The notes beneath the pieces were generated by a model. The model saw only the letters and a program-made list of their open reading frames with translations. It was not told the origin of the DNA and searched no databases. From Candidatus Woesearchaeota archaeon (GTDB lineage Archaea > Nanobdellota > Nanobdellia > Woesearchaeales > SKIA01), in the NCBI GenBank assembly GCA_007116645.1, contig SKIA01000076.1:1-50148 (forward strand): 50,148 nt of DNA. The letters run 5' to 3'. Positions 8,360-16,247 of the stretch are shown piece after piece. The position numbers and the translations under genes were made by a program. Numbering within the stretch: the stretch's first letter is position 1; each line of letters opens with the position of its first letter.

Positions 8360-8741
8360 GGCCTACAACAAAAAATCCCTTTCATCATTCAAAGCAGCAA
8401 CACTCCTACTCAAACATGACTTTCTAGAGGAAGCAACTACTCTTGCATACTACGCAATGTATCACAAAGCAACCGCTCTTTTCAAGAAAGCAAACATTAC
8501 TTGTCACTCTCACGAACACGCAATACAAACACTTGGACTCTTTGGAATTTCTTCAGAACCTCTACGAAAAGCAAAACACGAACGCATCCAAAAGCAATAC
8601 TATGCAGACCATTTAGTAGCAAGAAATGATGTAGAAAAACTCTTAGAACAAGCACAAGAATTCATTGCTCTTATTGACGTAAAGCAAGATAGTCTGACCC
8701 CTCATGCGCTCCAAGAGATACATGAGCGGTTCAAATTATGA
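8343..8741 (+). CDS. HEPN domain protein (toxin-like partner of MNT)
   Basis: Helical ~130-aa protein (MKTLAKAYNKKSLSSFKAATLLLKHDFLEEATTLAYYAMYHKA...LRKAKHERIQKQYY) that resembles HEPN by eye. It overlaps the MNT gene by 17 nt. Start chosen at ATG 8343 in the track frame. Confidence 0.6.
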   Translation: MKTLAKAYNKKSLSSFKAATLLLKHDFLEEATTLAYYAMYHKATALFKKANITCHSHEHAIQTLGLFGISSEPLRKAKHERIQKQYYADHLVARNDVEKLLEQAQEFIALIDVKQDSLTPHALQEIHERFKL

Positions 8742-8894
8742 CTATTCTTCTTCTTCAAAAAAATCTTTGAGTTGCTGGCTTTTCTTTGCTGCTTTGTAAC
8801 TTACTGCCATACACCTTTATCGCAGGTCGCGCTTTATAACTCATCGTGTCCTCAAACAACAGGAACGAAACATAGGTGTTGAAGGTATGGAAAA

Positions 8895-9359
8895 TTACTC
8901 TGCCTTTAATGACATGATAGAATCAAACACGTCAGAAACAACGTCTCCAGAAGACGCGTTAATCTTGATATTGTACATGTGAAGCGTTGCAGTCACAACA
9001 GTGATGTTAAAGCACGCAACACCGCCAACAGACTGGACTAACACAATTTGTTTTGAAGCAGGATGGCCCGGATGTTTTTTCTCAAGCGTTGACACAGCAA
9101 TTTGTTCAGCCTTTTGACGAGACAACACAACGTCCTCAATTTTTAGAGGAGGAACTGCTCCGTCGTCTTTGAAGACCTTTTCAGGGGTTTGACGTACAAT
9201 GCTATCAGCAACAATATATGCCGTGATGCGATCATCATCAGCGTTGTAAAAACCAACCTGCCAAGTGCCTTCAGAAAAAAATCCGTGCACAAGGTATCCG
9301 TCTTCGGGAATAAATGATTGGTCAGCAGTTACGCGAGCAACTGCTTGGTGAAACATCAT
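8895..9359 (-). CDS. Hypothetical small protein (PepSY-like C-terminal half, tentative)
   Basis: Start trimmed to ATG 9359, with a TTAAAAAT box 21 nt upstream. The longer track ORF (to 9557) would overlap the divergent gene 9459. Confidence 0.5.
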   Translation of the reverse strand: MMFHQAVARVTADQSFIPEDGYLVHGFFSEGTWQVGFYNADDDRITAYIVADSIVRQTPEKVFKDDGAVPPLKIEDVVLSRQKAEQIAVSTLEKKHPGHPASKQIVLVQSVGGVACFNITVVTATLHMYNIKINASSGDVVSDVFDSIMSLKAE

Positions 9360-9380
9360 AATCAACAGAACTGACAGCTT

Positions 9381-9388
9381 ATTTTTAA
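9381..9388 (-). promoter_or_regulatory. TATA-like box (TTAAAAAT on minus strand), 21 nt upstream of ATG 9359
   Basis: Spacing rule. Confidence 0.4.
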
Positions 9389-9458
9389 CACTATCTCTTA
9401 GGCAGAAAGTAAAGTTTAAGAATGAGTAGTGGTATAGGATTTTTGTGGAAGGAGAGCA

Positions 9459-10034
9459 ATGGTGGAGATGAAGTGGAAAAAACTCATTCACGATTCTGAG
9501 ACAATCTCGTATGTCAAGGAAGGGGCTGAGTACCGCGTCATCATAGAAGCGCGCCAATTCGAAGACGGCTGGGAAATCGTTAAGAAATATTTGGGTTCAG
9601 GAATTAACTTTGCTGAAACCTATTCTGCTCAAAGTTTTGAAGAAGTACGCAAAGTACTCAAACACCTCAGGCAAGAAAAAGACTTGTCACGAAGTGAAAT
9701 AAAAGACATTAGTCGCTTCAAAAAGAAATCTCCAAAAGTGCATGTTAAGCGCGGATGGAAAGAAGCAAACGTTGAGAAATGGCACTTTAGCATCTCAGAC
9801 GACTACGCAAACTATATCATCGTACGATACGGCAAAGAACTCATTGTCGACATCGTAATGGAAGAACAACTCAAATACATTGAGGAAAAACTCCTTGCAA
9901 AACTCTATGAAGTACTCGGTATCTCGGATGAGCCGTTTAACATCCAACAGAACATCTACTATTTCTCAAAGAAAACCACGTCCTATCTTGAAGGCGACGA
10001 CTCAGACATTGACGTAGAATTCTTGTTTGAATAA
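9459..10034 (+). CDS. Hypothetical protein
   Basis: 191-aa ORF with host-like codon usage and AAGGAGAG Shine-Dalgarno-like sequence just upstream. No family recognised. Confidence 0.6.
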   Translation: MVEMKWKKLIHDSETISYVKEGAEYRVIIEARQFEDGWEIVKKYLGSGINFAETYSAQSFEEVRKVLKHLRQEKDLSRSEIKDISRFKKKSPKVHVKRGWKEANVEKWHFSISDDYANYIIVRYGKELIVDIVMEEQLKYIEEKLLAKLYEVLGISDEPFNIQQNIYYFSKKTTSYLEGDDSDIDVEFLFE

Positions 10035-10622
10035 CTAAATATCCAGCAAGCGACCAAACGGTCCAGGATTAACAATCACGATATCGTCATGCTTGTGTAC
10101 TGTACCCCACTGCTCATGAATGTGTGCTGCAACGACTAACACAGGCTTGTGAGTATCAATCATTTTGCGCTTTGACTCACAGCCAGTAGGGCCAACGCCA
10201 GGGATTTCATCAACCTTGAGGTTGTGAGGTGGTCCGTGAAACAGCCACACTTGCTTTTTGTCTTGGTGCTTTGGCGCAACTTCTGAAAAGAATGCTTCAA
10301 CAGCTTTGTCGTTTTTACGAAACCCGCCGCCGCCAAAGCCGACAACAACAACGTCGTCGTGATGATACGTGTCTTGATCGATGTTGATGATGTGCTCACT
10401 TTCAGGGATGTCTTCTCCTTGTTCGTGATTGCCAGGAATAAACAACACAGGCTTTTTGATTTTCTTAGCAAAGTCTTCTAGCGCAAAAAACGTTTCTTCA
10501 AGGTCGCCTCCAAAAAAGCTAATGTCGCCTGCACACACAATAAGATCTGCTTGTTCAGCAAATTCTTCTAGATGAGAAAAGTCTAGTTCTCCGTGTGTAT
10601 CGGCAAAAGCGAGGATGCGCAT
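10035..10622 (-). CDS. Metallophosphoesterase (calcineurin-like, MJ0936/YfcE-type)
   Basis: Motifs DTHG (AFADTHGE), GDISFFG, IPGNHE, LFHGPPH and AHIHE appear in canonical order. Confidence 0.85.
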   Translation of the reverse strand: MRILAFADTHGELDFSHLEEFAEQADLIVCAGDISFFGGDLEETFFALEDFAKKIKKPVLFIPGNHEQGEDIPESEHIINIDQDTYHHDDVVVVGFGGGGFRKNDKAVEAFFSEVAPKHQDKKQVWLFHGPPHNLKVDEIPGVGPTGCESKRKMIDTHKPVLVVAAHIHEQWGTVHKHDDIVIVNPGPFGRLLDI

Positions 10623-10644
10623 ATCATGGGTGACTGGGTTTTGA

Positions 10645-10652
10645 TATTTAAA
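10645..10652 (-). promoter_or_regulatory. TATA box (TTTAAATA on minus strand), 22 nt upstream of ATG 10622
   Basis: Spacing rule. Confidence 0.55.
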
Positions 10653-10781
10653 AGTTCAACCGCGAGCAATTCACAATCGCTTATTTTCTTGGCCTGTAAA
10701 CGATAAAAATAACTCTATTCGTTCTTTTTTTGGTTTAAGGTATATGTTTTCCCCTATTTTTTCGGCAATGCCGACAACACA

Positions 10782-10789
10782 TTTATATA
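10782..10789 (+). promoter_or_regulatory. TATA box TTTATATA upstream of gene 10855 (leadered, ~65 nt to ATG)
   Basis: Canonical archaeal TATA sequence. This is one of the few cases here that predict a 5' UTR. Confidence 0.4.
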
Positions 10790-10812
10790 CTTAAGCTACC
10801 AGTATAGATAAT

Positions 10813-10828
10813 ACTATCCACGGATAGT
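10813..10828. promoter_or_regulatory. Perfect 7-2-7 palindrome ACTATCC-AC-GGATAGT at the predicted TSS
   Basis: Lies 24-39 nt downstream of the TATA box at 10782-10789, the usual position of an archaeal repressor operator. Confidence 0.35.
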
Positions 10829-10854
10829 GCTCCACCATTCCCTCATTCACACTT

Positions 10855-11646
10855 ATGAACATAGCCCCAAGACTCCAACCAGCCTACAAAAAAACATCAT
10901 TAGATGATTTTATTGAAGTTGCTCTTGAATATGATTCGCACCCAGAAACAGAAACTTTTATTCGCCAATTTGCTGAAATGACAGCAAACCCTGAAAGACA
11001 ACACGGGTACCTCGTAGGCATGGCTGATTTTCAAGCAGACTACGTCAAAACAAAAAGAAACGTAAACGGTCCCGGAATACACTACGCACCCAAAACGCCT
11101 CTCTGGAGACGAATATTAGGAAGACACACTCATACCCTCACGTTCGGGCAAGAACCAGAACTTGCATCCGATATAACAGCACCCGGAAGACTCCTTGAGG
11201 AAGCCAACGGTGATTTTCACGACCTACTCCACTTCTACAAAGGCGGAGAAGGTTTATACAGGCCTGGAGCGATTGTGCACGCTCACACACTCGATGTCTC
11301 AGTAGAAGACTTTAACGCGATAAGGCGTGCGGGATACGCAGAAAATAAACTCGGAGGAGGCAGCTCAGCTGCTGCACTCTTTGCTACCTTTAGCAGAGGA
11401 ATCGGAATGTACGCGCGAGACGCAAATAGGTTCAAAGACCAAGAACCATACTTTATCGCATTTGCAGGAAACAAAAAAGGATCCTTGGGTGTTCGAGGAT
11501 TTGTGGTAAGAGCAGAGACATCCGAACCTGCTCCTGAAGGAGGAGAAAGACATCACGTCATTCAACCAATGCCAAACGATGTGATTCCTATCGGAACACC
11601 CTACCATACACAAGAGCGAGTACCTGCTCTACTCTACGCAGCTTAA
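10855..11646 (+). CDS. Hypothetical protein
   Basis: 263-aa ORF with host-like composition. No family recognised. Confidence 0.6.
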   Translation: MNIAPRLQPAYKKTSLDDFIEVALEYDSHPETETFIRQFAEMTANPERQHGYLVGMADFQADYVKTKRNVNGPGIHYAPKTPLWRRILGRHTHTLTFGQEPELASDITAPGRLLEEANGDFHDLLHFYKGGEGLYRPGAIVHAHTLDVSVEDFNAIRRAGYAENKLGGGSSAAALFATFSRGIGMYARDANRFKDQEPYFIAFAGNKKGSLGVRGFVVRAETSEPAPEGGERHHVIQPMPNDVIPIGTPYHTQERVPALLYAA

Positions 11647-11810
11647 TCTTTCTGCAACTGATACGCAGGTTTTTTCAGTAAGAGTCCTTGCTCAGACAAA
11701 AACACGTCCTTACCCAAAGAGGCTTGCACATACGCGTGAGTTACAAGCTGTGCGCGCAACAAGGAAGGCGCCTTACGAGGTATCGTTACATACATGAGAT
11801 TTTCTTTCAT
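11643..11810 (-). CDS. Possible small protein (55 aa)
   Basis: ATG 11810 to TAA 11643 gives MKENLMYVTIPRKAPSLLRAQLVTHAYVQASLGKDVFLSEQGLLLKKPAYQLQKD. It is below the track size cut-off, fills an otherwise empty 240-nt gap, and has only a weak A/T box ~20 nt upstream. Confidence 0.3.
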   Translation of the reverse strand: MKENLMYVTIPRKAPSLLRAQLVTHAYVQASLGKDVFLSEQGLLLKKPAYQLQKD

Positions 11811-11886
11811 AGACTTAATATGCGAGCAAGATTAAGAAAGGTAACGCGTCATTAATTGGAAAAAAGTTGTAAAAACCGCAATTCCT

Positions 11887-12288
11887 TCAGAGACCAGGAA
11901 GGTCCATCGGATGAGATCTGAAATACTGCTCTTCTTTGCGAACATCTGAACGTGTAGGAATATACGGACTATTCGAATTAGCAATAATTACCACGCCTAT
12001 TCTCCACAACCCATCAAGGTCATCAAGACGCATCTCAAATAACCCACTATTTTGAACCTTGTAGTCCATAACTATGTTATATATTTCGATAGCGGGCAAA
12101 AAAACTTTGGACAATGAACACCAACTGTCAGCATCCCGATTGTGCTGAACAATGGCTAACTTGCGTTGGAATAAAAGTTCTTGAGGGTTGGTGCATTCAG
12201 GTTCTAAACGGAGAATCTCTTCTAGTTCATACTGTTCGCGAGAAATCCCACGAAATCTCAAATACTGATCAATAATCTCATCCGTCAT
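11887..12288 (-). CDS. Hypothetical protein
   Basis: 133-aa ORF with a TATA-like box 22 nt upstream. No family recognised. Confidence 0.55.
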   Translation of the reverse strand: MTDEIIDQYLRFRGISREQYELEEILRLEPECTNPQELLFQRKLAIVQHNRDADSWCSLSKVFLPAIEIYNIVMDYKVQNSGLFEMRLDDLDGLWRIGVVIIANSNSPYIPTRSDVRKEEQYFRSHPMDLPGL

Positions 12289-12310
12289 ACTGCTGTTTTT
12301 GGCGAATTAC

Positions 12311-12318
12311 GATATAAG
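12311..12318 (-). promoter_or_regulatory. TATA-like box (CTTATATC on minus strand), 22 nt upstream of ATG 12288
   Basis: Spacing rule. Confidence 0.5.
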
Positions 12319-12333
12319 CATTTCTCCATAACG

Positions 12334-12341
12334 TTTAAATA
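12334..12341 (+). promoter_or_regulatory. TATA box TTTAAATA, 22 nt upstream of ATG 12364
   Basis: Spacing rule. Confidence 0.55.
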
Positions 12342-12363
12342 ACTCCTCTGAGAATATATCTTG

Positions 12364-12963
12364 ATGGAGTTTTACCGGCAAACAAGCCAGTACACGGGGG
12401 CTGCAGCAGCACTGCTCATGGCAATGCACGCAAAAAAGCCAGACCAATACGCACTTGACAGAGAACAAGAATTCTCAATCTGGACGCAATCAGCAAACCT
12501 GCCAACAAGAAGCAGCAGCATATACGCATTAGCACTCATCGCAAGACAAGCAGGCATTGCAACACACGTCGTGGTCGGAGAAAAAGAATACGACTACCCA
12601 GACTACCGCTTCAAACGATACAAAAAAATCGAGATAGACGAAGCAAAATACACCTCAAAACTCTATGCAAAACGAGCACGAGAAGAAGGAATCCCTCTGG
12701 AAGAGCGAGAATTCACGCTCACAGAAGTAAAACAACACCTCGACAACGGAGCAATGGTGCTCTTGCGAGTAAACGCAGGAATTTTCCGCGAACGAAAAGC
12801 AACAAGCAAATACGTTCTAGTCAGAGCCCACGAAGAAGGAGAATACGTTATCATGGACCCAGACCAAGGAGAAATGAGAATCCCAGACGAAGAAATGCAA
12901 GAAGCATTTGACACGCTTGTTACCAAGAAAAAACGCGACCACCGAATGGTCATTCTGAAATGA
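12364..12963 (+). CDS. Peptidase C39-like (papain-fold) domain protein lacking the expected catalytic Cys
   Basis: YRQTSQYTGAAAALLMAMHA resembles the Q-x5-C-G-x-A-x-L-x-M box of C39-like peptidases, but Gly occupies the Cys position. Family assignment is from memory only. Confidence 0.45.
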   Translation: MEFYRQTSQYTGAAAALLMAMHAKKPDQYALDREQEFSIWTQSANLPTRSSSIYALALIARQAGIATHVVVGEKEYDYPDYRFKRYKKIEIDEAKYTSKLYAKRAREEGIPLEEREFTLTEVKQHLDNGAMVLLRVNAGIFRERKATSKYVLVRAHEEGEYVIMDPDQGEMRIPDEEMQEAFDTLVTKKKRDHRMVILK

Positions 12964-13475
12964 AAGTACTCATCAGCGGGACCTGGAGAAGTGCTTTAGC
13001 AAAACAGCAAGAAGAACACGCACAACAACTTGGAAAACTGTTAGCAGAACAAGGCGTGGAAATACTCACAGGAGGAGGAGAAGGAATCCCTGAGCTGGTA
13101 AGCACATCATACACTCAGCACGGCGGGAAAAAACATACCGCAATTCTTGTGGATCAGAAAGTGCGAGAACGAGTAGGAGAAAAACTCATCCAAGCAGACG
13201 AATACGTCAATACAAGCCTTGATTATCCACAACGAAACGCTCTTTTAGTCAGTAAAGCAGACGCAATCATCGCCATGAATGGACGACTAGGAACACTCAC
13301 AGAACTCATTCACGCAACAAACGACTACGAGATACCAGCAATACTGTTAGCAACAAGCGAAATCAAAGAGTGGGTGCTAGCAACCACGCCACTTAAAGAA
13401 AAAGTAGTTATGGTGAATACACCACAAGAGGCAATCACAATCCTTCAAAACCAAGCTTCTCTAACATCTTCTTAA
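12960..13475 (+). CDS. LOG/SLOG (TIGR00725-like) Rossmann-fold protein
   Basis: LTGGGEGIPELV and AMNGRLGTLTEL correspond to the GGGxGxM and PGGxGTxxE boxes of the LOG/DprA-like superfamily. A 4-nt ATGA overlap with the upstream gene suggests coupling. Confidence 0.6.
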   Translation: MKVLISGTWRSALAKQQEEHAQQLGKLLAEQGVEILTGGGEGIPELVSTSYTQHGGKKHTAILVDQKVRERVGEKLIQADEYVNTSLDYPQRNALLVSKADAIIAMNGRLGTLTELIHATNDYEIPAILLATSEIKEWVLATTPLKEKVVMVNTPQEAITILQNQASLTSS

Positions 13476-13773
13476 CCTGCTCAATTGTTTCTTGTTGATT
13501 ATCTTTTTTGGACAAAGCAATAAACTTAATCAAAAGCCGGGAGATGTCATCTTGTGAGCCAAATTTGAGCGCAAAGCCATCAGTGATAAAGTAAAATCGA
13601 AAAGACTCATACTTGAGCTCTTTAATCACCACTCCTCCAATGTTTCCAAGCGCCTTTCCTTTCTTGGGATTCTCTTCAAGCGAACGCATCAAAGAAAAAA
13701 CGTCAATTGCGCGCTTTTTGAACACGCGATTGACTTCTTCTACCAACGCGTGGGTAATAATTACTCGTGCCAT
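13435..13773 (-). CDS. RelE/HigB(Gp49)-like toxin (tentative)
   Basis: Small protein with IKELKYESFRFYFITDG, resembling the RelE-fold core. It overlaps an upstream RHH-like antitoxin gene by 13 nt. Confidence 0.5.
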   Translation of the reverse strand: MARVIITHALVEEVNRVFKKRAIDVFSLMRSLEENPKKGKALGNIGGVVIKELKYESFRFYFITDGFALKFGSQDDISRLLIKFIALSKKDNQQETIEQVKKMLEKLGFEGL

Positions 13774-13964
13774 CTATTCTTGGCGTCTGCAATCGCTTTT
13801 TCAATTGACACTGAATCAGTCTCATCATACAAGTACCCAAGCATCACGTGGCGTTTCGTAATTTCATACATCTTACGAATCACATCATCATACGAGTCTC
13901 CAGCGCGACCGAGCGTGCGTAACTTTTCTTTCATCTCTTGAGAGATGGAAATAGTGGTGTTCAT
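13761..13964 (-). CDS. Ribbon-helix-helix/VapB-like antitoxin (tentative)
   Basis: MNTTISISQEMKEKLRTLGRAGDSYDDVIRKMYE resembles archaeal putative antitoxins (beta strand followed by helices). Start set at ATG 13964 by the 22-nt TATA spacing. Confidence 0.5.
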   Translation of the reverse strand: MNTTISISQEMKEKLRTLGRAGDSYDDVIRKMYEITKRHVMLGYLYDETDSVSIEKAIADAKNRWHE

Positions 13965-13986
13965 AGAGGCTATAAGCATTATGAAA

Positions 13987-13994
13987 CTTATAAT
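13987..13994 (-). promoter_or_regulatory. TATA-like box (ATTATAAG on minus strand), 22 nt upstream of ATG 13964
   Basis: Spacing rule. Confidence 0.5.
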
Positions 13995-14005
13995 ACTTAT
14001 GAAAT

Positions 14006-15244
14006 CTACGAACGAACCCGATCATACTCTTCAAGAATAATCACGTCCAAGTCTTTAACGTCAGAAACAATAGATAACCGACCATTACCCAGTTCAACAA
14101 TCTTTCGCGCAAGGTCTTCACCTTGCTTATCAAGACCAATACCAATCACGGAAACAGAAACACCGCTCCCAGACACCATAGCCACCTGGTCGAGCACGTG
14201 CGTATCAGGCTCAGCACCAACAGTAGGCAACGCATCAGTCAATAAGATAATGTGTTGCGTGTCAGCACGACCAGAAAACAACTCTGCAGAAGCACGAATA
14301 CTCTCAGCAAGATCAGTTTCAGAACCAGGACGTAAACGAGTAAGCGCAGTCAACAACAAAGAAAAGTCACGCGTGGGCGAAACACTGCCCTGAACAGTCT
14401 TTTCAAACACAACCAAACCGACCTTGTCACCGTTCTGAATGGCCTTGTACGCCAAAGCAACCCCGGCACGTTTTGCCTGAGCAATCTTTGCGCCCTTCAT
14501 ACTCCCAGAAGCATCAATAGCGTACACGATGCTCGCACCGCCACGCGCTTGTTTGTCAAACGCGCGCAAATCCTCTTTAGCAATTTTTGAGTGGCCGCGA
14601 CGCAAAGCAGTCTTAACCGACTGCTGAATGCTCAGGGAACGATACGGATCTTTTTGAAACGGCTTGACATCCTCTCGCATACCAGAAACAGCTTGTTTTT
14701 TGTGGACGCGACGGCCAAGAATGCCAGAAGCAGAAAGATGATCAAGCTCTTGAACTGCTAAAACAACCGAAGCTAATTCCAAAGCATCATCACTCCAAGC
14801 ACCATCTTTAGTAAGCATGCCCTTATCCTTGAGGTCTTTTACGTTCTCACGAATCTGTTTTTCAAGCTCGCGGCGAAACTCAGGAATATTCACGTTCTTT
14901 TCAACATACGAAGGATCAAAACCAGAAAGACGACGAATAAGTGACGGACCAATAATTTGCTCTGCAGAGCGATAATCTTTTACGAGCTTTTCCATCATGA
15001 GCTCAGGAGTAAAAAACGATGCGCCATTACTTGTTGAATCCAAAACCATGTTGCCCAAATCAATATTTTCAGAATCGCCTTCTAAAACAGTATTCATCAG
15101 GCCCTCTTTATCAGCATCGCGGCCAGGACTTCCGTCCATTTGCTCAGACGGAGAAAACTCTTCTACTTGTGCCTCTTTGGCGTCACTGTCTAGTTCCTCA
15201 ACAACGGATGAGTCGCTTTCTTGGTTGTTACCCTGAATCGCCAA
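14006..15244 (-). CDS. von Willebrand factor A (VWA) domain protein, ChlD-like C-terminal half
   Basis: MIDAS motif in VYAIDASGSMKG, followed by a typical VWA core (DKVGLVVF...GSETDLAESI...IILLTDALPTVG). The N-terminal ~230 aa are acidic/helical and of unknown type. Confidence 0.8.
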   Translation of the reverse strand: MAIQGNNQESDSSVVEELDSDAKEAQVEEFSPSEQMDGSPGRDADKEGLMNTVLEGDSENIDLGNMVLDSTSNGASFFTPELMMEKLVKDYRSAEQIIGPSLIRRLSGFDPSYVEKNVNIPEFRRELEKQIRENVKDLKDKGMLTKDGAWSDDALELASVVLAVQELDHLSASGILGRRVHKKQAVSGMREDVKPFQKDPYRSLSIQQSVKTALRRGHSKIAKEDLRAFDKQARGGASIVYAIDASGSMKGAKIAQAKRAGVALAYKAIQNGDKVGLVVFEKTVQGSVSPTRDFSLLLTALTRLRPGSETDLAESIRASAELFSGRADTQHIILLTDALPTVGAEPDTHVLDQVAMVSGSGVSVSVIGIGLDKQGEDLARKIVELGNGRLSIVSDVKDLDVIILEEYDRVRS

Positions 15245-16205
15245 TTAAGCGCTTGGTTTCCTCAATAAAGGAAGCAACTTCTTCAGAAACATACTCCTGA
15301 GCAGACTTAACATACCGCACAGAAGGCTTTAATGCAATCCGGTGCGCAAGAACAGAATGCGCAGCGTCATGGATATCTGAGAGAGTAACGTTTTTCCGAC
15401 CCGCAATGCGAGCATTTGCACAGGCTCTTTCAACAAGACCAATAGAAGCACGAACAGAAGGTGCGCGCTCAAGGTTCTTGTCAAGTCGCAGACCACGAAC
15501 AAAACGAACAGTGTGCGCTAAGAGTTTTTCATCAAACTCACACATCATCTCAGCGCGGCTTCTTACAACAGCCACTTCGTCCTCTTGGTTTTCAGGGTAA
15601 GAAACATAGATGAGGTCAAAGCGGTCCAAAAACACTGCTGATAATTCTTCAGTACTGTTGTCGTCAGGGTTCATGGTGCCGATAAAGATAAAGTCAGCAG
15701 GGAAATCAACATCATAACTACCAATGGTAGCAATCTTTTCTTGCAATACTTGCAATAACGCGTTTTGCAATTTATCAGAACAACGATTGACCTCGTCAAA
15801 AAACAGTACGCCGCTGTTTGCCTTGAAAATCTTACCAGGACTAAATGCTTCAACAGACAACGGTCCGTATTCCAAAGCCTTCATAGGATCAATATCTCCA
15901 AGAAGATCTTCAGCAGTAAGGTCTGGACTTCCCTGGACGCGCACAAAGCGCTCCTCACCAGAAAACTCGCGAGCCTTCACATCCTCAGTAGGAAGCTGGC
16001 GAAAGGCGTCATCAGTAAGACGCATAGGAGGAAGAAGTTTTGCAACGCTGCGTGCAAGAGTGGTTTTACCCGCGCCAGGTGGTCCAACAAGAATGACGTG
16101 TCTGCGAGCAAGCAAAGCGCTTTTTAATTGTTTTTTTACGCGGTCTTGGCCGATAATCTCTGGAAAGTCTGTCTTAAGTAAGTTTTCGATGAATTGTTCT
16201 TGCAT
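15228..16205 (-). CDS. AAA+ ATPase of the MoxR/ChlI clade
   Basis: Walker A in VGPPGAGKTT, Walker B in VLFFDEVNR, then SDKLQNALLQVLQE. A 17-nt overlap with the downstream VWA gene matches the classic MoxR/ChlI-VWA pairing. Confidence 0.85.
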   Translation of the reverse strand: MQEQFIENLLKTDFPEIIGQDRVKKQLKSALLARRHVILVGPPGAGKTTLARSVAKLLPPMRLTDDAFRQLPTEDVKAREFSGEERFVRVQGSPDLTAEDLLGDIDPMKALEYGPLSVEAFSPGKIFKANSGVLFFDEVNRCSDKLQNALLQVLQEKIATIGSYDVDFPADFIFIGTMNPDDNSTEELSAVFLDRFDLIYVSYPENQEDEVAVVRSRAEMMCEFDEKLLAHTVRFVRGLRLDKNLERAPSVRASIGLVERACANARIAGRKNVTLSDIHDAAHSVLAHRIALKPSVRYVKSAQEYVSEEVASFIEETKRLIGDSG

Positions 16206-16229
16206 AGAACAAGCGTGAATGCGATGCCC

Positions 16230-16237
16230 ATTAAAAA
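16230..16237 (-). promoter_or_regulatory. TATA-like box (TTTTTAAT on minus strand), 24 nt upstream of ATG 16205
   Basis: Spacing rule (slightly longer gap). Confidence 0.4.
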
Positions 16238-16247
16238 CGTTGTTGCT

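Noticed and set aside
8895-9557. Full 220-aa version of the minus-strand ORF
   Set aside because: The N-terminal 66 codons overlap the divergent gene 9459-10034 and look non-protein-like (CLRIVNEFFPLHLHHCSPSTKILYHYSF). An internal ATG at 9359 has a correctly spaced TATA-like box.
13938-16218. Long plus-strand ORFs (13938-14393, 14997-15300, 15724-16218, 15765-16127) antisense to the VWA and MoxR genes
   Set aside because: They are Ser/Arg/Thr-rich low-complexity translations opposite genes with clear Walker and MIDAS motifs. This is a typical artefact of the strong A/C coding-strand bias.
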